Part shown: one piece after another, positions 24,523 through 33,991 of the stretch | Layout: every line of letters begins with the position of its first letter | Numbering within the stretch: position 1 is the first letter of the stretch | Source: a virus | DNA length: 42,412 nt | Strand: one strand, 5' to 3' | Virus record (IMG/VR): IMGVR_UViG_3300009609_000018 | Span: 1-42,412 of that record | Notes under the pieces: model-generated | What the model saw: only the letters and a program-made list of their open reading frames with translations | The model's database searches: none | What the model was told of the DNA's origin: nothing | Translations under genes and position numbers: made by a program

Positions 24523-26800
24523 CTTCGTAGTATCCTGCGAATAGTTTATACCTCTTAGCTAGTGCGTCTTCCAGTGTGTCAGGGGGTAGGCGGCGCACAA
24601 TTCGTATCTTAGACTCAGGGCTTCCGGGGTACTTACCGGGCCCCACTTTCAATAGCTTTTTCTTGACCCTGTTTACTGGCATCCCTAGTTCAGCTAGACG
24701 TAGCTTGAAATCCTTATCTGTACCACAACCCCGGCCTTGAGCATGGTTGCGCTTGTAATATGCCCTGAAATCAGCAAACATATCCTCAGTCTCAACCCAT
24801 GCCTCATTCTTATACGTCACTACGGGGAAAGTAAAGTCCTTGCTGAGTCCTTCAATCATGCTTTCATCTTCCTTTGATCGGATGAATACTCTGCGTACCC
24901 ATTCCGCAAAGGCGGCATCCATGGAATCGGCACTCGTTAGCTTGCGCTGTTCCAGCAATTCATCCGTCACCATGGCTTTGGAAAGGCTGTGCGTAATTTT
25001 TCTGGTTAGAAAAAAGTGCAAAATCTTGCCTAGGTATTCTGGGTTATATGGCACCCCATTATTATCGGACCCCATGAGTGCTCGCCATGGAAGCCAATAC
25101 TCATCATCCCCGCCGGGATGTATGTCACTTATTTTCAGTACGAAGAATCGACGACTATCCATGCCTGCCGGGATGGCCCAATCCTCATTAGTCGTGAACA
25201 TAAGCATTAGGCAATTCTTCTGGCTCCATTGCTTGATATTCTTATTGTTCCAATCTAGCGGGCTTTCGGTAATTAGAGCCTTTAGCCTTTCCGCTTCGCC
25301 TTTATTGGCTGAGAATACGGCTTCCTCGCCCACTACCAGAATCTTACTTGCCATGCCGCCAGAGTATTGACCTAGCAGGGTACTACGTGAGGTAGCTATG
25401 CCGGTATGGGTAGGGCCAATAATTAGACTGAATATATTGCAAAATGAAGACTTGCCAGTGCCTTCCTTTCCCTTTAGTACAAGTGCGATTCCCAAAAGGT
25501 CGAGCGGCTGTTGTAGCTTTTGAGCAAGCATATCGAGTAGAAATTCACAATGCTCCCTGTTGCCACTACAGATGACGTTTAGGGTATGGTCTAGGAATAG
25601 CTGTATTTCCTCAGGGCGGCATGGCACGGGCTTGATATTGAAACCCTTATATACGTTAACATCCCCCTCATTCTCAGTGCCGGGGTATTCCATCACAATT
25701 CTACCCTCACGCCGGTACTTGCTTTTGAGCCAGTATTCAGCGGCAGGAACGTATCGCTCACCCACCAGAATAGGGGCGATATTAGCGGCTACTTGTACCT
25801 TGAACTGTGTAGCAGTAGTATGGATAACTTCCCCTTTGTCCAGTGTGAGGATAGAGGGGCCGCCTTGCAAGGTGCATACAAACCTTTTATTCATATCCAT
25901 CACGGCGGCATAAGCATCCATGTTGATGCCGGAATACTTCATATCAGCGGCGGTAGCTTCGCGGCCACGTTGCTTGGCCTCATATATCATCCATGCTAGT
26001 GTGACTTTGCGGCTACGATCAGCATTAAATGACTCCCACTTGCCCTCACATTCACCCGGCTTAAACTTTGCGCTTTGTTCGCTCCATTCGATCCACAGGT
26101 CTAGGTGTCCTTGCCCGTGGTCGTTATCGTGCAAAGCCATACCGACAGCGCGCCACTCATCGTAGGGGCCACCGGGGTCAAAATAAGATAGCAATTCACG
26201 AATGAAGTCATCCGGTGCAATGCTACCGAATTCCTCCACTTCCTTCTTTTTCTTGCCACTCTTCCCGCCTAGGGAATCCAGCATTTTTTCAGGAATAGAA
26301 CCGGGTTCGCCACCACTACCCCACGTATAGCGTACTCCGTTGACAATGGATGGCGGCAATAGGACGGCAGTTTTCTTCTCTAGACCGGGTATTTTCTTAA
26401 AGAATGTGACCTTATGATCTAGGGTATAGAAGTGTGCGCCCCCGCCTGAGGTAAAGACGCACAGCCCATCTAGCAAGTCACGCTTAGTTAGGCCGGTTGC
26501 TTCAAATACGTCTTCCTTGCCCGGATGATGGTCAAAGTCCAGTACCACAACCCCGTCAGGCAATACGCCTAGAAGATTATAGCCCTCATAAGGGCCACCG
26601 GGGCCGAACCAATGCTTGATTACTTCCGGGCTAAGTGTGGCGTGTTCGATACCTAGGTTTTTGATGTATCCCTTAGTATCTCTTTTCTGCGGCAGAATCT
26701 TAATGCCAACCTTGATATAGAAGAGGGCGCTTTCATATATAGCGCGGTCCTGTTCACATTCGTCTATATTCTTAAAGAATCCTAGGTCAATGTTAAGCAT
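24497..26800 (-). CDS. Bifunctional primase-polymerase (AEP prim-pol) fused to a D5/P4-type SF3 helicase
   Basis: Prim-pol motifs VVVLDFDHH and TSGGGAHFY. Walker A is KGKEGTGKSS and Walker B is ILVVGEE. Confidence 0.85.
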   Translation of the reverse strand: MLNIDLGFFKNIDECEQDRAIYESALFYIKVGIKILPQKRDTKGYIKNLGIEHATLSPEVIKHWFGPGGPYEGYNLLGVLPDGVVVLDFDHHPGKEDVFEATGLTKRDLLDGLCVFTSGGGAHFYTLDHKVTFFKKIPGLEKKTAVLLPPSIVNGVRYTWGSGGEPGSIPEKMLDSLGGKSGKKKKEVEEFGSIAPDDFIRELLSYFDPGGPYDEWRAVGMALHDNDHGQGHLDLWIEWSEQSAKFKPGECEGKWESFNADRSRKVTLAWMIYEAKQRGREATAADMKYSGINMDAYAAVMDMNKRFVCTLQGGPSILTLDKGEVIHTTATQFKVQVAANIAPILVGERYVPAAEYWLKSKYRREGRIVMEYPGTENEGDVNVYKGFNIKPVPCRPEEIQLFLDHTLNVICSGNREHCEFLLDMLAQKLQQPLDLLGIALVLKGKEGTGKSSFCNIFSLIIGPTHTGIATSRSTLLGQYSGGMASKILVVGEEAVFSANKGEAERLKALITESPLDWNNKNIKQWSQKNCLMLMFTTNEDWAIPAGMDSRRFFVLKISDIHPGGDDEYWLPWRALMGSDNNGVPYNPEYLGKILHFFLTRKITHSLSKAMVTDELLEQRKLTSADSMDAAFAEWVRRVFIRSKEDESMIEGLSKDFTFPVVTYKNEAWVETEDMFADFRAYYKRNHAQGRGCGTDKDFKLRLAELGMPVNRVKKKLLKVGPGKYPGSPESKIRIVRRLPPDTLEDALAKRYKLFAGYYEDEETDDDQ

Positions 26801-28589
26801 GATTTATAGCCTCCCACCAATTACTTCCGGTCCCAGATAGCTCTAGGATTAGGGGGACTCTGAACCACGGGTAGTTATCTCGTATAGCTTCCTGAATTCT
26901 AGCCCAGATCGGTTGCCAGTCTTCGGGTACGGACATACCATAACTATCGTGAGTGTTTAGGAGCAATCTTCCCTCACTCCCCAATGCCTGTTCAATCAAC
27001 TGCCAATTTCGCTTATTGATATCGGCGGCAGTGGCCTGCACTACAACGGCCTGCGCCTTATGGTTGCTCATCCCTTTGGGAAAGCGCAGCCGTCGCCCCA
27101 TATAAGTTTCGATGTATCCGAATTTATCAGTCGTGGCACGTGCGCGCCTTGCAAATTCCTTGACACCGGGAAGCATCTTATGGTATTGTGCGATTAGCTT
27201 TTTAGCTTCGGGTCCAGCATCACGATAGCGAAATGTATTCTTGCCTTTCTTGAACTCTGCCCACTCCCACGGGAGCCCCAGTTTCATAGCCACTAGGCCA
27301 TCCCCGCATCCCATGATAATGGATAGGTTCAGTTCCTTTGCATTCGGCTGGCCTGCATAGTGCGCTTTCCGGGGCAAGCCGGTCATATCTGCTACGTACT
27401 GGTGAAAGTCTAGGCGGGGGTCGGCATTGAACGCTGCAATAAGGTCTTTGTTGTTGACCAGATGGGCAAACGTGCGTACCTCAAAAGAGTGCATATCCCC
27501 GTCCAGCCATATCTGCCCCTCTTCTGGCAGGAAAATAGGCTTTACAATACAGGCCACGTCTAGGTTACGTGAGGGGATTTGTTGCATAGCTGGCTCGGTA
27601 TAGCTAAACCGGCCCGTACCTGTACCGCCATCCTCGCCCTTTGTCTGGTGAATGGAGGGGTAAACTCGCCCATTGATTGCGTTACTTAGGATATGTCCTT
27701 TCAGGAAGGTATCACGGGTCTTTTGTAGTGAACGGGTTTCCAGTATACCTAGCGCCAATGAGTCATTAATGCGCCTGAGGGCATCGGCACTAAAGCTAGG
27801 ATCGCCACCGGGGGTAGAGGGTAGCGGAGTGCCGTATTGCGTGAACCATACCCCGTCAATCTGGCGCGGCTTATACAGCGCGCGAACCTGCAAGGGGGAG
27901 TCTAGGTTAAAGACGCATCCGGCAGTCTCAAATAGCCGTGCCTTCTGTGTGTCGATTTGCTCTGTTAGACGGTCCACAGCCGCATGGGCGGCCTCTTCAT
28001 CTACCCTAATACCCTTCATTTCCGACCGGATAATGGTGGGCATTACAGAATTTTCAAAGTCTACAATTCTGGAAATTCCCTGTTCCTGAATTCGCTTCTC
28101 CTGATCTTGCCACAAGTCATGGCACAATTCAGCGTCAGGAATAGCATAGGGCTGTACCAAAGCCTTTGGAGCTAGGTGTATGCGTCCGGCTTGCGCTGCA
28201 CGGGTCGGCTTGCCCCCAAACATATCAGCCAATTGTTGCCAGATTTCAGACTCTTTCTTGCGGCCTAGATACTTCTCGCCCTGATTGTCAAGAGAATAGC
28301 TAATCTCATGTTCATTTAGCAGGGTGGCTCGGATGACAGTATCCTGCATCCGTTCTAGTGGCATGTGAATACCGGCATTGCGCGCCATGCGATAATCATA
28401 AGACGCATTGTGACACACTACCGGGATACCGTTTGTGCGGTCCAGTATATTAAGGAATTCACCGGCCCCGTCTTCGCGGAGGTCTATGTATCGGGCTTCC
28501 TGCCCGGTCACTTGCCACGAAACGCCTATAGCGCGGGAGTCCGCGCTAAGGCCGGTTGATTCCGTATCAACTGCGAGGATATCGGGCAT
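26793..28589 (-). CDS. Family A DNA polymerase with a 3'-5' exonuclease domain
   Basis: Exo I motif LAVDTESTGL. Pol motifs are DGDMHSFEVR (A), QPNAKELNLSIIMGCG (B) and LNTHDS (C). The start is set at MPDILAVD (TAATG coupling); the track ORF extends to 28637. Confidence 0.9.
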   Translation of the reverse strand: MPDILAVDTESTGLSADSRAIGVSWQVTGQEARYIDLREDGAGEFLNILDRTNGIPVVCHNASYDYRMARNAGIHMPLERMQDTVIRATLLNEHEISYSLDNQGEKYLGRKKESEIWQQLADMFGGKPTRAAQAGRIHLAPKALVQPYAIPDAELCHDLWQDQEKRIQEQGISRIVDFENSVMPTIIRSEMKGIRVDEEAAHAAVDRLTEQIDTQKARLFETAGCVFNLDSPLQVRALYKPRQIDGVWFTQYGTPLPSTPGGDPSFSADALRRINDSLALGILETRSLQKTRDTFLKGHILSNAINGRVYPSIHQTKGEDGGTGTGRFSYTEPAMQQIPSRNLDVACIVKPIFLPEEGQIWLDGDMHSFEVRTFAHLVNNKDLIAAFNADPRLDFHQYVADMTGLPRKAHYAGQPNAKELNLSIIMGCGDGLVAMKLGLPWEWAEFKKGKNTFRYRDAGPEAKKLIAQYHKMLPGVKEFARRARATTDKFGYIETYMGRRLRFPKGMSNHKAQAVVVQATAADINKRNWQLIEQALGSEGRLLLNTHDSYGMSVPEDWQPIWARIQEAIRDNYPWFRVPLILELSGTGSNWWEAINHA

Positions 28590-28933
28590 TAGTGTTGTGC
28601 GACGGACGGAGCCTCTTGCATGGCTTCTTCCATACACACGTCAAAGTTATAGTGAATTGTAGCCTCTAGATGATGGCGCATTCTGCGCTGCACCGTAAGA
28701 GGAACCTTCGGCCTATTGTGCATCCGAATGGTGGCAGGAATCTTGCTGTAGACTTCGGGGGTATCGGCCCATTGTAGAACAGTCTTAAACGGGGCGCGTC
28801 GGTTGCCAAACTCACGCTGCTCTAGGATCATGCCAGCAAGGCGAATATGCAGGCCCCGCGAATCCAGCACGCACACAAACTCCCAACGCTTTTTCTCATT
28901 GGAAGATAGAGCCTCAATCACTTCAATACGCAT
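28589..28933 (-). CDS. Hypothetical protein (114 aa)
   Basis: Start at MRIEVIEAL, just after the terminator. The stop overlaps the polymerase ATG. The longer track ORF (to 29080) would overlap the upstream gene. Confidence 0.55.
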   Translation of the reverse strand: MRIEVIEALSSNEKKRWEFVCVLDSRGLHIRLAGMILEQREFGNRRAPFKTVLQWADTPEVYSKIPATIRMHNRPKVPLTVQRRMRHHLEATIHYNFDVCMEEAMQEAPSVAQH

Positions 28934-28949
28934 GGTACACCCCAGAGAT

Positions 28950-28992
28950 AAAAAGCCCCGGACACCCCGGATATACCGGGGGCCGGGGGTGT
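28950..28992 (-). terminator. Intrinsic terminator or attenuator inside the replication operon
   Basis: On the minus strand, nested CCCCGG/CCGGGG stems (CCCCGGCCCCCGGTATATCCGGGGTGTCCGGGGC) are followed by TTTTTAT. Confidence 0.6.
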
Positions 28993-28997
28993 GGAAA

Positions 28998-29741
28998 TCA
29001 GATGACAGCGGATTCAGGCTCTTCGGCTTCGTCTTCCAGCGTGCCATAGGCCACGTTACGCTCGCCAGCCTTGATCGCATTGAACAGATTTTCAGCCTTG
29101 CGGTAGATGCCTTCCGACACGTAGCCTAGGGGCTTGACTTCATAGCTGTAGTATTCGCCCTTTTTGCCCTTCTCTTCAATGGCGCGCAGCTTGTAGGCTT
29201 TGGAGAACCGATCCCCCACGCCCATCTGCACCAACGCATTGAGCTTGCGCGATACTTTGAGCTTGGAACGGGACCATGACAAAACAGCCTCTTCCAAAGC
29301 GCCATCATCGCGGACAAGGTAAACAAAATTGACGGCATGGAGGTTTACCTCATGGTCATCAGGCGATTCCAGATTCGCACGCTCGGCTTCTGCCTCTTCC
29401 TCAGTAGCGAAAGTGCCGACGAAGCCACCCCCACTCTTGCGGCTCTGCCAGATAATCCATTCCTTACGGAAGACGATGGGGATGAATACGATTTCCCCAC
29501 CATACAACTCGCCGGAAATGGTATTGAAAATCATACCCTGCTCGGCCCCTTCGATATACTTGGGGTCGTTGCGCTTGATTTGCGGGCTAAGGGCCTGCAA
29601 AACCTCGATTCGCGGGAGGGTAATGTCTTCCTGCGTTACATCTTCGGAACCACGACGAGATTCCGGGTCCAAATACGCGGGGCGGTCCTGGGTTACAAGG
29701 GCACCCATTCCGTCATTCTTTTTCAGGTCTTTGTTAGCCAT
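28998..29741 (-). CDS. Hypothetical replication/recombination-module protein with an acidic C-terminal tail (possibly SSB-like)
   Basis: AAGGA RBS placed for the second ATG. The C-terminus LEDEAEEPESAVI resembles the acidic tails of phage ssDNA-binding proteins. No fold was recognised. Confidence 0.6.
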   Translation of the reverse strand: MANKDLKKNDGMGALVTQDRPAYLDPESRRGSEDVTQEDITLPRIEVLQALSPQIKRNDPKYIEGAEQGMIFNTISGELYGGEIVFIPIVFRKEWIIWQSRKSGGGFVGTFATEEEAEAERANLESPDDHEVNLHAVNFVYLVRDDGALEEAVLSWSRSKLKVSRKLNALVQMGVGDRFSKAYKLRAIEEKGKKGEYYSYEVKPLGYVSEGIYRKAENLFNAIKAGERNVAYGTLEDEAEEPESAVI

Positions 29742-29767
29742 TGTCATTCCTTAGTTCGTCAGGAAGG

Positions 29768-30190
29768 TTACTTAGTGTAGATCACAGCGCGGGAGAAAGG
29801 CGTAACCTTCAAAACCTCTTCCGGCGGTAGCACTTTTGCGGCCTCTTCTGGGTCTTCGATCTTAGCAGCCTTAGCAAGCTGTTCCTTGCAAAAGGCTTTC
29901 AGGGTTTGCGCGTTGACAGTGGGCACAATCATGGCCTCATTATCCGTATCATTCAGCCACATGTGCATGGCACCCTTATTCTTCACAGTGACGTACAGGT
30001 CACTGGTCAGGGTGCAACGCCCGAATCCGCCAGTCATGGAACGGATATCCTCTTCGGCCATTTCGGACGGTATCAGATTCAGGCGCAAATCATCGTATTC
30101 TTTCTGGATGGGTTTCTTTTCCTCTTCCAGTGCATCCAGTTCATCCCCCAATTCCTTCATACGTTCGATCAGATCAGTGAGCTTACTCAT
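29768..30190 (-). CDS. Hypothetical protein with an N-terminal coiled coil (140 aa)
   Basis: Start at MSKLTDLIERMKEL, downstream of the promoter-like element. The track ORF's upstream extension overlaps the SNF2 stop region. Confidence 0.6.
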   Translation of the reverse strand: MSKLTDLIERMKELGDELDALEEEKKPIQKEYDDLRLNLIPSEMAEEDIRSMTGGFGRCTLTSDLYVTVKNKGAMHMWLNDTDNEAMIVPTVNAQTLKAFCKEQLAKAAKIEDPEEAAKVLPPEEVLKVTPFSRAVIYTK

Positions 30191-30221
30191 GTTGTTCTCT
30201 TGGGCGGTTGCGGGTAGGGTC

Positions 30222-30252
30222 ATTATACAACATAGTCCAACTAGCTTGTCAA
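30222..30252 (-). promoter_or_regulatory. Candidate sigma70 promoter TTGACA-N19-TATAAT
   Basis: Both hexamers are consensus, but the 19-nt spacer is long. The -35 element overlaps the SNF2 stop codon. Confidence 0.35.
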
Positions 30253-31811
30253 GCCTCGTCGAACATAGCGAGCAACGCACGCGGATTCTCCAGCGATTGT
30301 GATACGAAGTCTGCTAGACTCTTTTTACCCTCTGCAATGTCCTTCATGTGATGGTCAAGAAAGACATTGGCTAGCAGGTCAATTACCATAGTCGGCTCAT
30401 CTTGTCCGATACGGTCGATACGCTTCTCGGATTGTACCAATTCCTCATAGTTAAAAGTACCTGAGTACCTTACCATAAGTTTACCCGCCGTCATCGTGAA
30501 GCCTCTTGAGCCACGCGCATACGTCGAAACAATTATCCGCACGTCTGGATCGGTCTGAAACCGGTTAACGGTATCAATCGGCGGCTCAATATCTGGGTCC
30601 AGTCGAACGGCTCCATAATCCAGCAGCGAGCGATGGATCAATTTAACCTCTGGCACAAATCGGCAGAATACAACAATCTTTTGCCCGGTGCCATCGACTA
30701 TCTCTTTCAGTTCATCCAGCTTTGGATTCTTTTCAAGCGGCACAAGTATACCGGAATCCGTAGCGAAATGTCCACCAATAATCTGCGCGCCACGGGTGTA
30801 GAATGACAGGGCATTTTCAACGGTTAGCTCTTCGTTATCCAGCATCGTAGCCATCTGCGTTTTCAGTTCACGCAAAAGGCGCTTCTGTTCTGCGGATACG
30901 TTAACGTTACGGGTTTCGTGCGCCTGAGGCGGCAAGTCTACTGGATTCGTAACGGTATGGCTATAGGGTTCGATAGTGGCTAGCAGTTCATTCATATTCT
31001 GATAGCCGATAATCTGCTTACCTTCAAAGCCTCCCATCACGCAATAACGATTGCGGAAACTGTAATAGCTTTTGAATCCCAGAATCCTAGGATCAAGAAA
31101 CTGGAATTGACTATACAAATCCCCTACGCCTTTGGTAATAGGCGTTCCCGTGAGGATGTTATTAACGACAGTCTTAGCGCCTAGCTCCTGCACTACTTCT
31201 GATCGACGGGCCTTGAAATTTTTGATAGACTGCGATTCGTCTATGCCTAGCGCCAGATGGTCATGCAAACGGTGCCTGAGGCGGTCAGGAAGCGAGCCAG
31301 ACTGTAGGGACGCGATCCCAAAGACTTCCATCTTCTCGTTAATACCCGGTGCCCACAGGCGCATTTGCTCATGCCAATTGCCCGTCAGAGTGTTAGGGCA
31401 AAACATCCAGCCTTCGGCAATCCGACCCTCTAGCAAATACTGCGACCACAATTCCAGCAAGGTGCGTGATTTGCCGCTACCCATTTCGTGAAAGAATGCG
31501 AATGCCCTTTTGCCGTATGCTTTATCTAGGGCCTCACTCTGGTGCGATAGAAGGCCGGCAGGCTCTACGGGAAATCGACCGGGGGCGAGGATTCCTCCTA
31601 CGCTTTGCGAGCCTACCGGCTTGGCTGCTTCCCATGCCCTCGCGTCAAACTCTGCGCGTGTGAAATTGGCACGGAGATAGTGCTTATTTGCCGCATTGAC
31701 AGAAAGCCTCCAATAACGCTTAGAGGCTAGGTATTTCCTTTCGGGAGCGCCCCTAGCCCGCGCGGACCATTTTCCGGGCAGGATGAAAGAGTCTTTATCT
31801 AGCAGGATCAT
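30249..31811 (-). CDS. SNF2-family (SF2) helicase/ATPase
   Basis: Motif I is HEMGSGKSRT and motif II is LGIDESQSIKN, with C-terminal helicase motifs (TYARGSRGFT, QSEKRIDRIGQ). The start is placed at the ATGA overlap; 31820 is an alternative. Confidence 0.85.
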   Translation of the reverse strand: MILLDKDSFILPGKWSARARGAPERKYLASKRYWRLSVNAANKHYLRANFTRAEFDARAWEAAKPVGSQSVGGILAPGRFPVEPAGLLSHQSEALDKAYGKRAFAFFHEMGSGKSRTLLELWSQYLLEGRIAEGWMFCPNTLTGNWHEQMRLWAPGINEKMEVFGIASLQSGSLPDRLRHRLHDHLALGIDESQSIKNFKARRSEVVQELGAKTVVNNILTGTPITKGVGDLYSQFQFLDPRILGFKSYYSFRNRYCVMGGFEGKQIIGYQNMNELLATIEPYSHTVTNPVDLPPQAHETRNVNVSAEQKRLLRELKTQMATMLDNEELTVENALSFYTRGAQIIGGHFATDSGILVPLEKNPKLDELKEIVDGTGQKIVVFCRFVPEVKLIHRSLLDYGAVRLDPDIEPPIDTVNRFQTDPDVRIIVSTYARGSRGFTMTAGKLMVRYSGTFNYEELVQSEKRIDRIGQDEPTMVIDLLANVFLDHHMKDIAEGKKSLADFVSQSLENPRALLAMFDEA

Positions 31812-32038
31812 GGTGGGCAAACCTCTTCCGTATCGTCGTCTTCAAACGTCACTTCACGGATAGCCACTTGCTTATGGCACTTAGGGCACATTATGGGGCT
31901 TCCATTTATGGGCCGTCTGCCAGTCTCCACTAGGATGAAGTCATTTGACTGAACTAGCATCCCCGGAATGGCGCAGAAATTCGGATCAACTGCGGTTGCG
32001 ATATGGCCCCCGCAATGCTTATGGAGCATCCTAATCAT
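31808..32038 (-). CDS. Small Cys/His protein, possibly a zinc ribbon (HKHC...CPKCH)
   Basis: 76-aa ORF with stop/start coupling on both sides. Confidence 0.6.
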   Translation of the reverse strand: MIRMLHKHCGGHIATAVDPNFCAIPGMLVQSNDFILVETGRRPINGSPIMCPKCHKQVAIREVTFEDDDTEEVCPP

Positions 32039-32241
32039 ATACCGTGTCCTCTTTTGATTAGTTTACAGGGGCCACGCCGGCATTCCATACAGACCTTAGG
32101 AACTGGCATTCCCTTCGCACGCATTTGGATGGAGCATTGAAACTGGCGGGAACTGATGGAGATTCGATTCAGAATCATGGCGACAAGTTTACCACAAGAA
32201 AGCCAACGGGTGTCGTTACTCATTGGCCCCTCTTCGCTCAT
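32035..32241 (-). CDS. Small Cys-rich hypothetical protein
   Basis: ATGA coupling at both ends. Contains a CMECRRGPC motif. Confidence 0.55.
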   Translation of the reverse strand: MSEEGPMSNDTRWLSCGKLVAMILNRISISSRQFQCSIQMRAKGMPVPKVCMECRRGPCKLIKRGHGI

Positions 32242-32486
32242 GCCAGATCAGGTTTAATAGCAGGCTTAAAAAACCTCTTGAACCGTTCGCAAAAAGAGTT
32301 ATAGTGGCGGCCGTGCAATTCATCGAACCGATAGCCTAGCTCCCGATAGTTCAGGATAAGCTGCGTTTTATCGTTCGCACAATTGCGGATGCAATCGGCT
32401 ATGTCCTGCAACTGATCGCCCCGTTCCGGGTGCATCGCTTTCAGGTGCATAAGAGCTAGATAAGCCTCGCCAGATTCGATAGGCAT
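32238..32486 (-). CDS. Hypothetical protein (82 aa)
   Basis: Operon packing and ATGA coupling downstream. Confidence 0.6.
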   Translation of the reverse strand: MPIESGEAYLALMHLKAMHPERGDQLQDIADCIRNCANDKTQLILNYRELGYRFDELHGRHYNSFCERFKRFFKPAIKPDLA

Positions 32487-32488
32487 TT

Positions 32489-32755
32489 CTAAGCCTCCAC
32501 GGTTACGGGGCTGGTCTGAAACCGGCCCGCTTCGATATATCGCAGGAATGCAATAGAGGCAGCCAAGCCACCGTTAACCCGATCTTGCCAACCTAGGCCA
32601 CACTCCTGAGTCATGTAGTTACGCAAATCGGCATTATCTTCTCCGATCCTATGCGCTTCCGTAGCCAGTAGGGAAAGGGCCACGGCTACGCGATGCGCCC
32701 CTGATACAGTCCCACATAGATGAAAAATGCGGTCAACGGTCGGATGCTTTTCCAT
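32489..32755 (-). CDS. Hypothetical protein (88 aa)
   Basis: Operon packing. The start overlaps the stop of the upstream micro-ORF (TAATG). Confidence 0.6.
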   Translation of the reverse strand: MEKHPTVDRIFHLCGTVSGAHRVAVALSLLATEAHRIGEDNADLRNYMTQECGLGWQDRVNGGLAASIAFLRYIEAGRFQTSPVTVEA

Positions 32756-32850
32756 TATCTGAATCCTAGGAAGTAGCCGAGAATTACCCCGGCTACTAGG
32801 GTGAGAATTGATAGCCAGATTATAGCCCGTTTGATTAGCTTTCCGTACAC
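32755..32850 (-). CDS. Micro-ORF encoding a 31-aa single-TM peptide
   Basis: AGGAGG RBS 7 nt before a GTG start. Hydrophobic core AIIWLSILTLVAGVILGYFLGF. TAATG coupling to the next gene. Confidence 0.4.
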   Translation of the reverse strand: MYGKLIKRAIIWLSILTLVAGVILGYFLGFR

Positions 32851-32891
32851 GTCTAATCCTCCTGAACTATAGAACCAGACACCGGCCAGAC

Positions 32892-33122
32892 CTAACATGA
32901 AAGCAACACGTGAACGCAGCCCTTACGCTGGCTGCATGGATTGCGTTCCGGGCTGCCATCGGTCATTTCATCGGCTCGCACAATGCGCCAGCCATGATCC
33001 AGCCCGGTACGGTGATTGTGGTCTGCGAATTCGATCACTTCCGCATCCGTATATTCTTCCGGTACGCATACCTGCAAATTCAGCAGCGACCAACGTACAA
33101 TTTCGGGAACCTTACCAGTCAC
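32892..33122 (-). CDS. Hypothetical protein (~76 aa)
   Basis: GTG start preceded by GGAGGG. The track uses a TTG at 33134. Confidence 0.5.
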   Translation of the reverse strand: MTGKVPEIVRWSLLNLQVCVPEEYTDAEVIEFADHNHRTGLDHGWRIVRADEMTDGSPERNPCSQRKGCVHVLLSC

Positions 33123-33140
33123 GACACCCTCCAAAGTGAG

Positions 33141-33164
33141 GGGCCGCCTTTGGTAGCGCGGCCC
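33141..33164 (-). other. Intergenic stem-loop (7-bp GC stem GGGCCGC/GCGGCCC, 10-nt loop)
   Basis: Read from the sequence, directly after the stop of the 184-aa gene. No clear U-tract. Confidence 0.3.
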
Positions 33165-33172
33165 GTCTGGGA

Positions 33173-33727
33173 TTACAGGCCGATGATTGCCACCCGGATA
33201 TCCCGGCCGCTATCGGGGGCCGGTTCGCCATTGCGCGCGGCTTCCTTTTGCTTACGCACCCGTGCAACCTTATCGGCTACGGCCTTCTGCACTTTCGCGC
33301 GATGGTCTTCCGGCATTGCCTTACCGGCATCCTCGATTGCATCGCACAATTCGATAGTGGCGGCACGGTGATATGCGGGGGGCACGTTCCGGGCCAGATC
33401 ACGCAGGCCAGTAATCCATGCTTCGATGGGGGTCGTTTCGATGACGGTATCCAGTTCATCGTCAGTGACGAATTGCAGGGCCGTATCCACAAGCCACGAC
33501 GGCAGGTGAACGTTCGTGAAGTCTTCACCGATTTCGACGGTGAAGAGGCGCCAATCGGCGGAATCGGCGGGGCCGATATATGGGCTAACGCAAGCGCAGT
33601 AAACGATTGCCTTATCCAGTGCTTCGGGGGTGGGGGTGATCTTCATGCCATTCAGCACGATAAGCGCACGCACTTCTGCGACGGTCTTGAACTCTTCCAC
33701 GACTTCGGCGAAATTGACGGTTTCCAT
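33173..33727 (-). CDS. Hypothetical protein (184 aa)
   Basis: Long ORF with ordinary composition. The antisense ORF 33248..33778 is rejected. Confidence 0.65.
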   Translation of the reverse strand: METVNFAEVVEEFKTVAEVRALIVLNGMKITPTPEALDKAIVYCACVSPYIGPADSADWRLFTVEIGEDFTNVHLPSWLVDTALQFVTDDELDTVIETTPIEAWITGLRDLARNVPPAYHRAATIELCDAIEDAGKAMPEDHRAKVQKAVADKVARVRKQKEAARNGEPAPDSGRDIRVAIIGL

Positions 33728-33736
33728 TACACTTCC

Positions 33737-33991
33737 TCAGGCTTCTACAGCAGTGGGCGGGGTGGGTTCATTGTCTAGCACTTTCAGGGCCGCAATCGCG
33801 GTCTTGAATGGTTCGTCTTCGTTGATCGGAACGTCAGCGAACAGGGTGCCCGAATTGCCGGGATTCTTTTTCAGTTCGGCGGCGGCATCGCAAACCAACG
33901 CGGCCCCCAGAATCAGACGGTCAACGGTAGACAGTCCGAGGCGCGCGATGATATGCGCTGCAAAATCGTGAGCGGGATTAATGCGATTCAT
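33737..33991 (-). CDS. Hypothetical protein (84 aa)
   Basis: Start at MNRINPAH with an ATGA overlap to the upstream stop. Confidence 0.55.
   Translation of the reverse strand: MNRINPAHDFAAHIIARLGLSTVDRLILGAALVCDAAAELKKNPGNSGTLFADVPINEDEPFKTAIAALKVLDNEPTPPTAVEA

Noticed and set aside
29768-30190. Possible Gp157/Gam-like assignment for the coiled-coil protein, and RecT/ERF-like assignment for 28998..29741
   Set aside because: They share only a general architecture with those families: an N-terminal coiled coil and an acidic tail. I could not point to a family-specific motif, so they are left as hypothetical.
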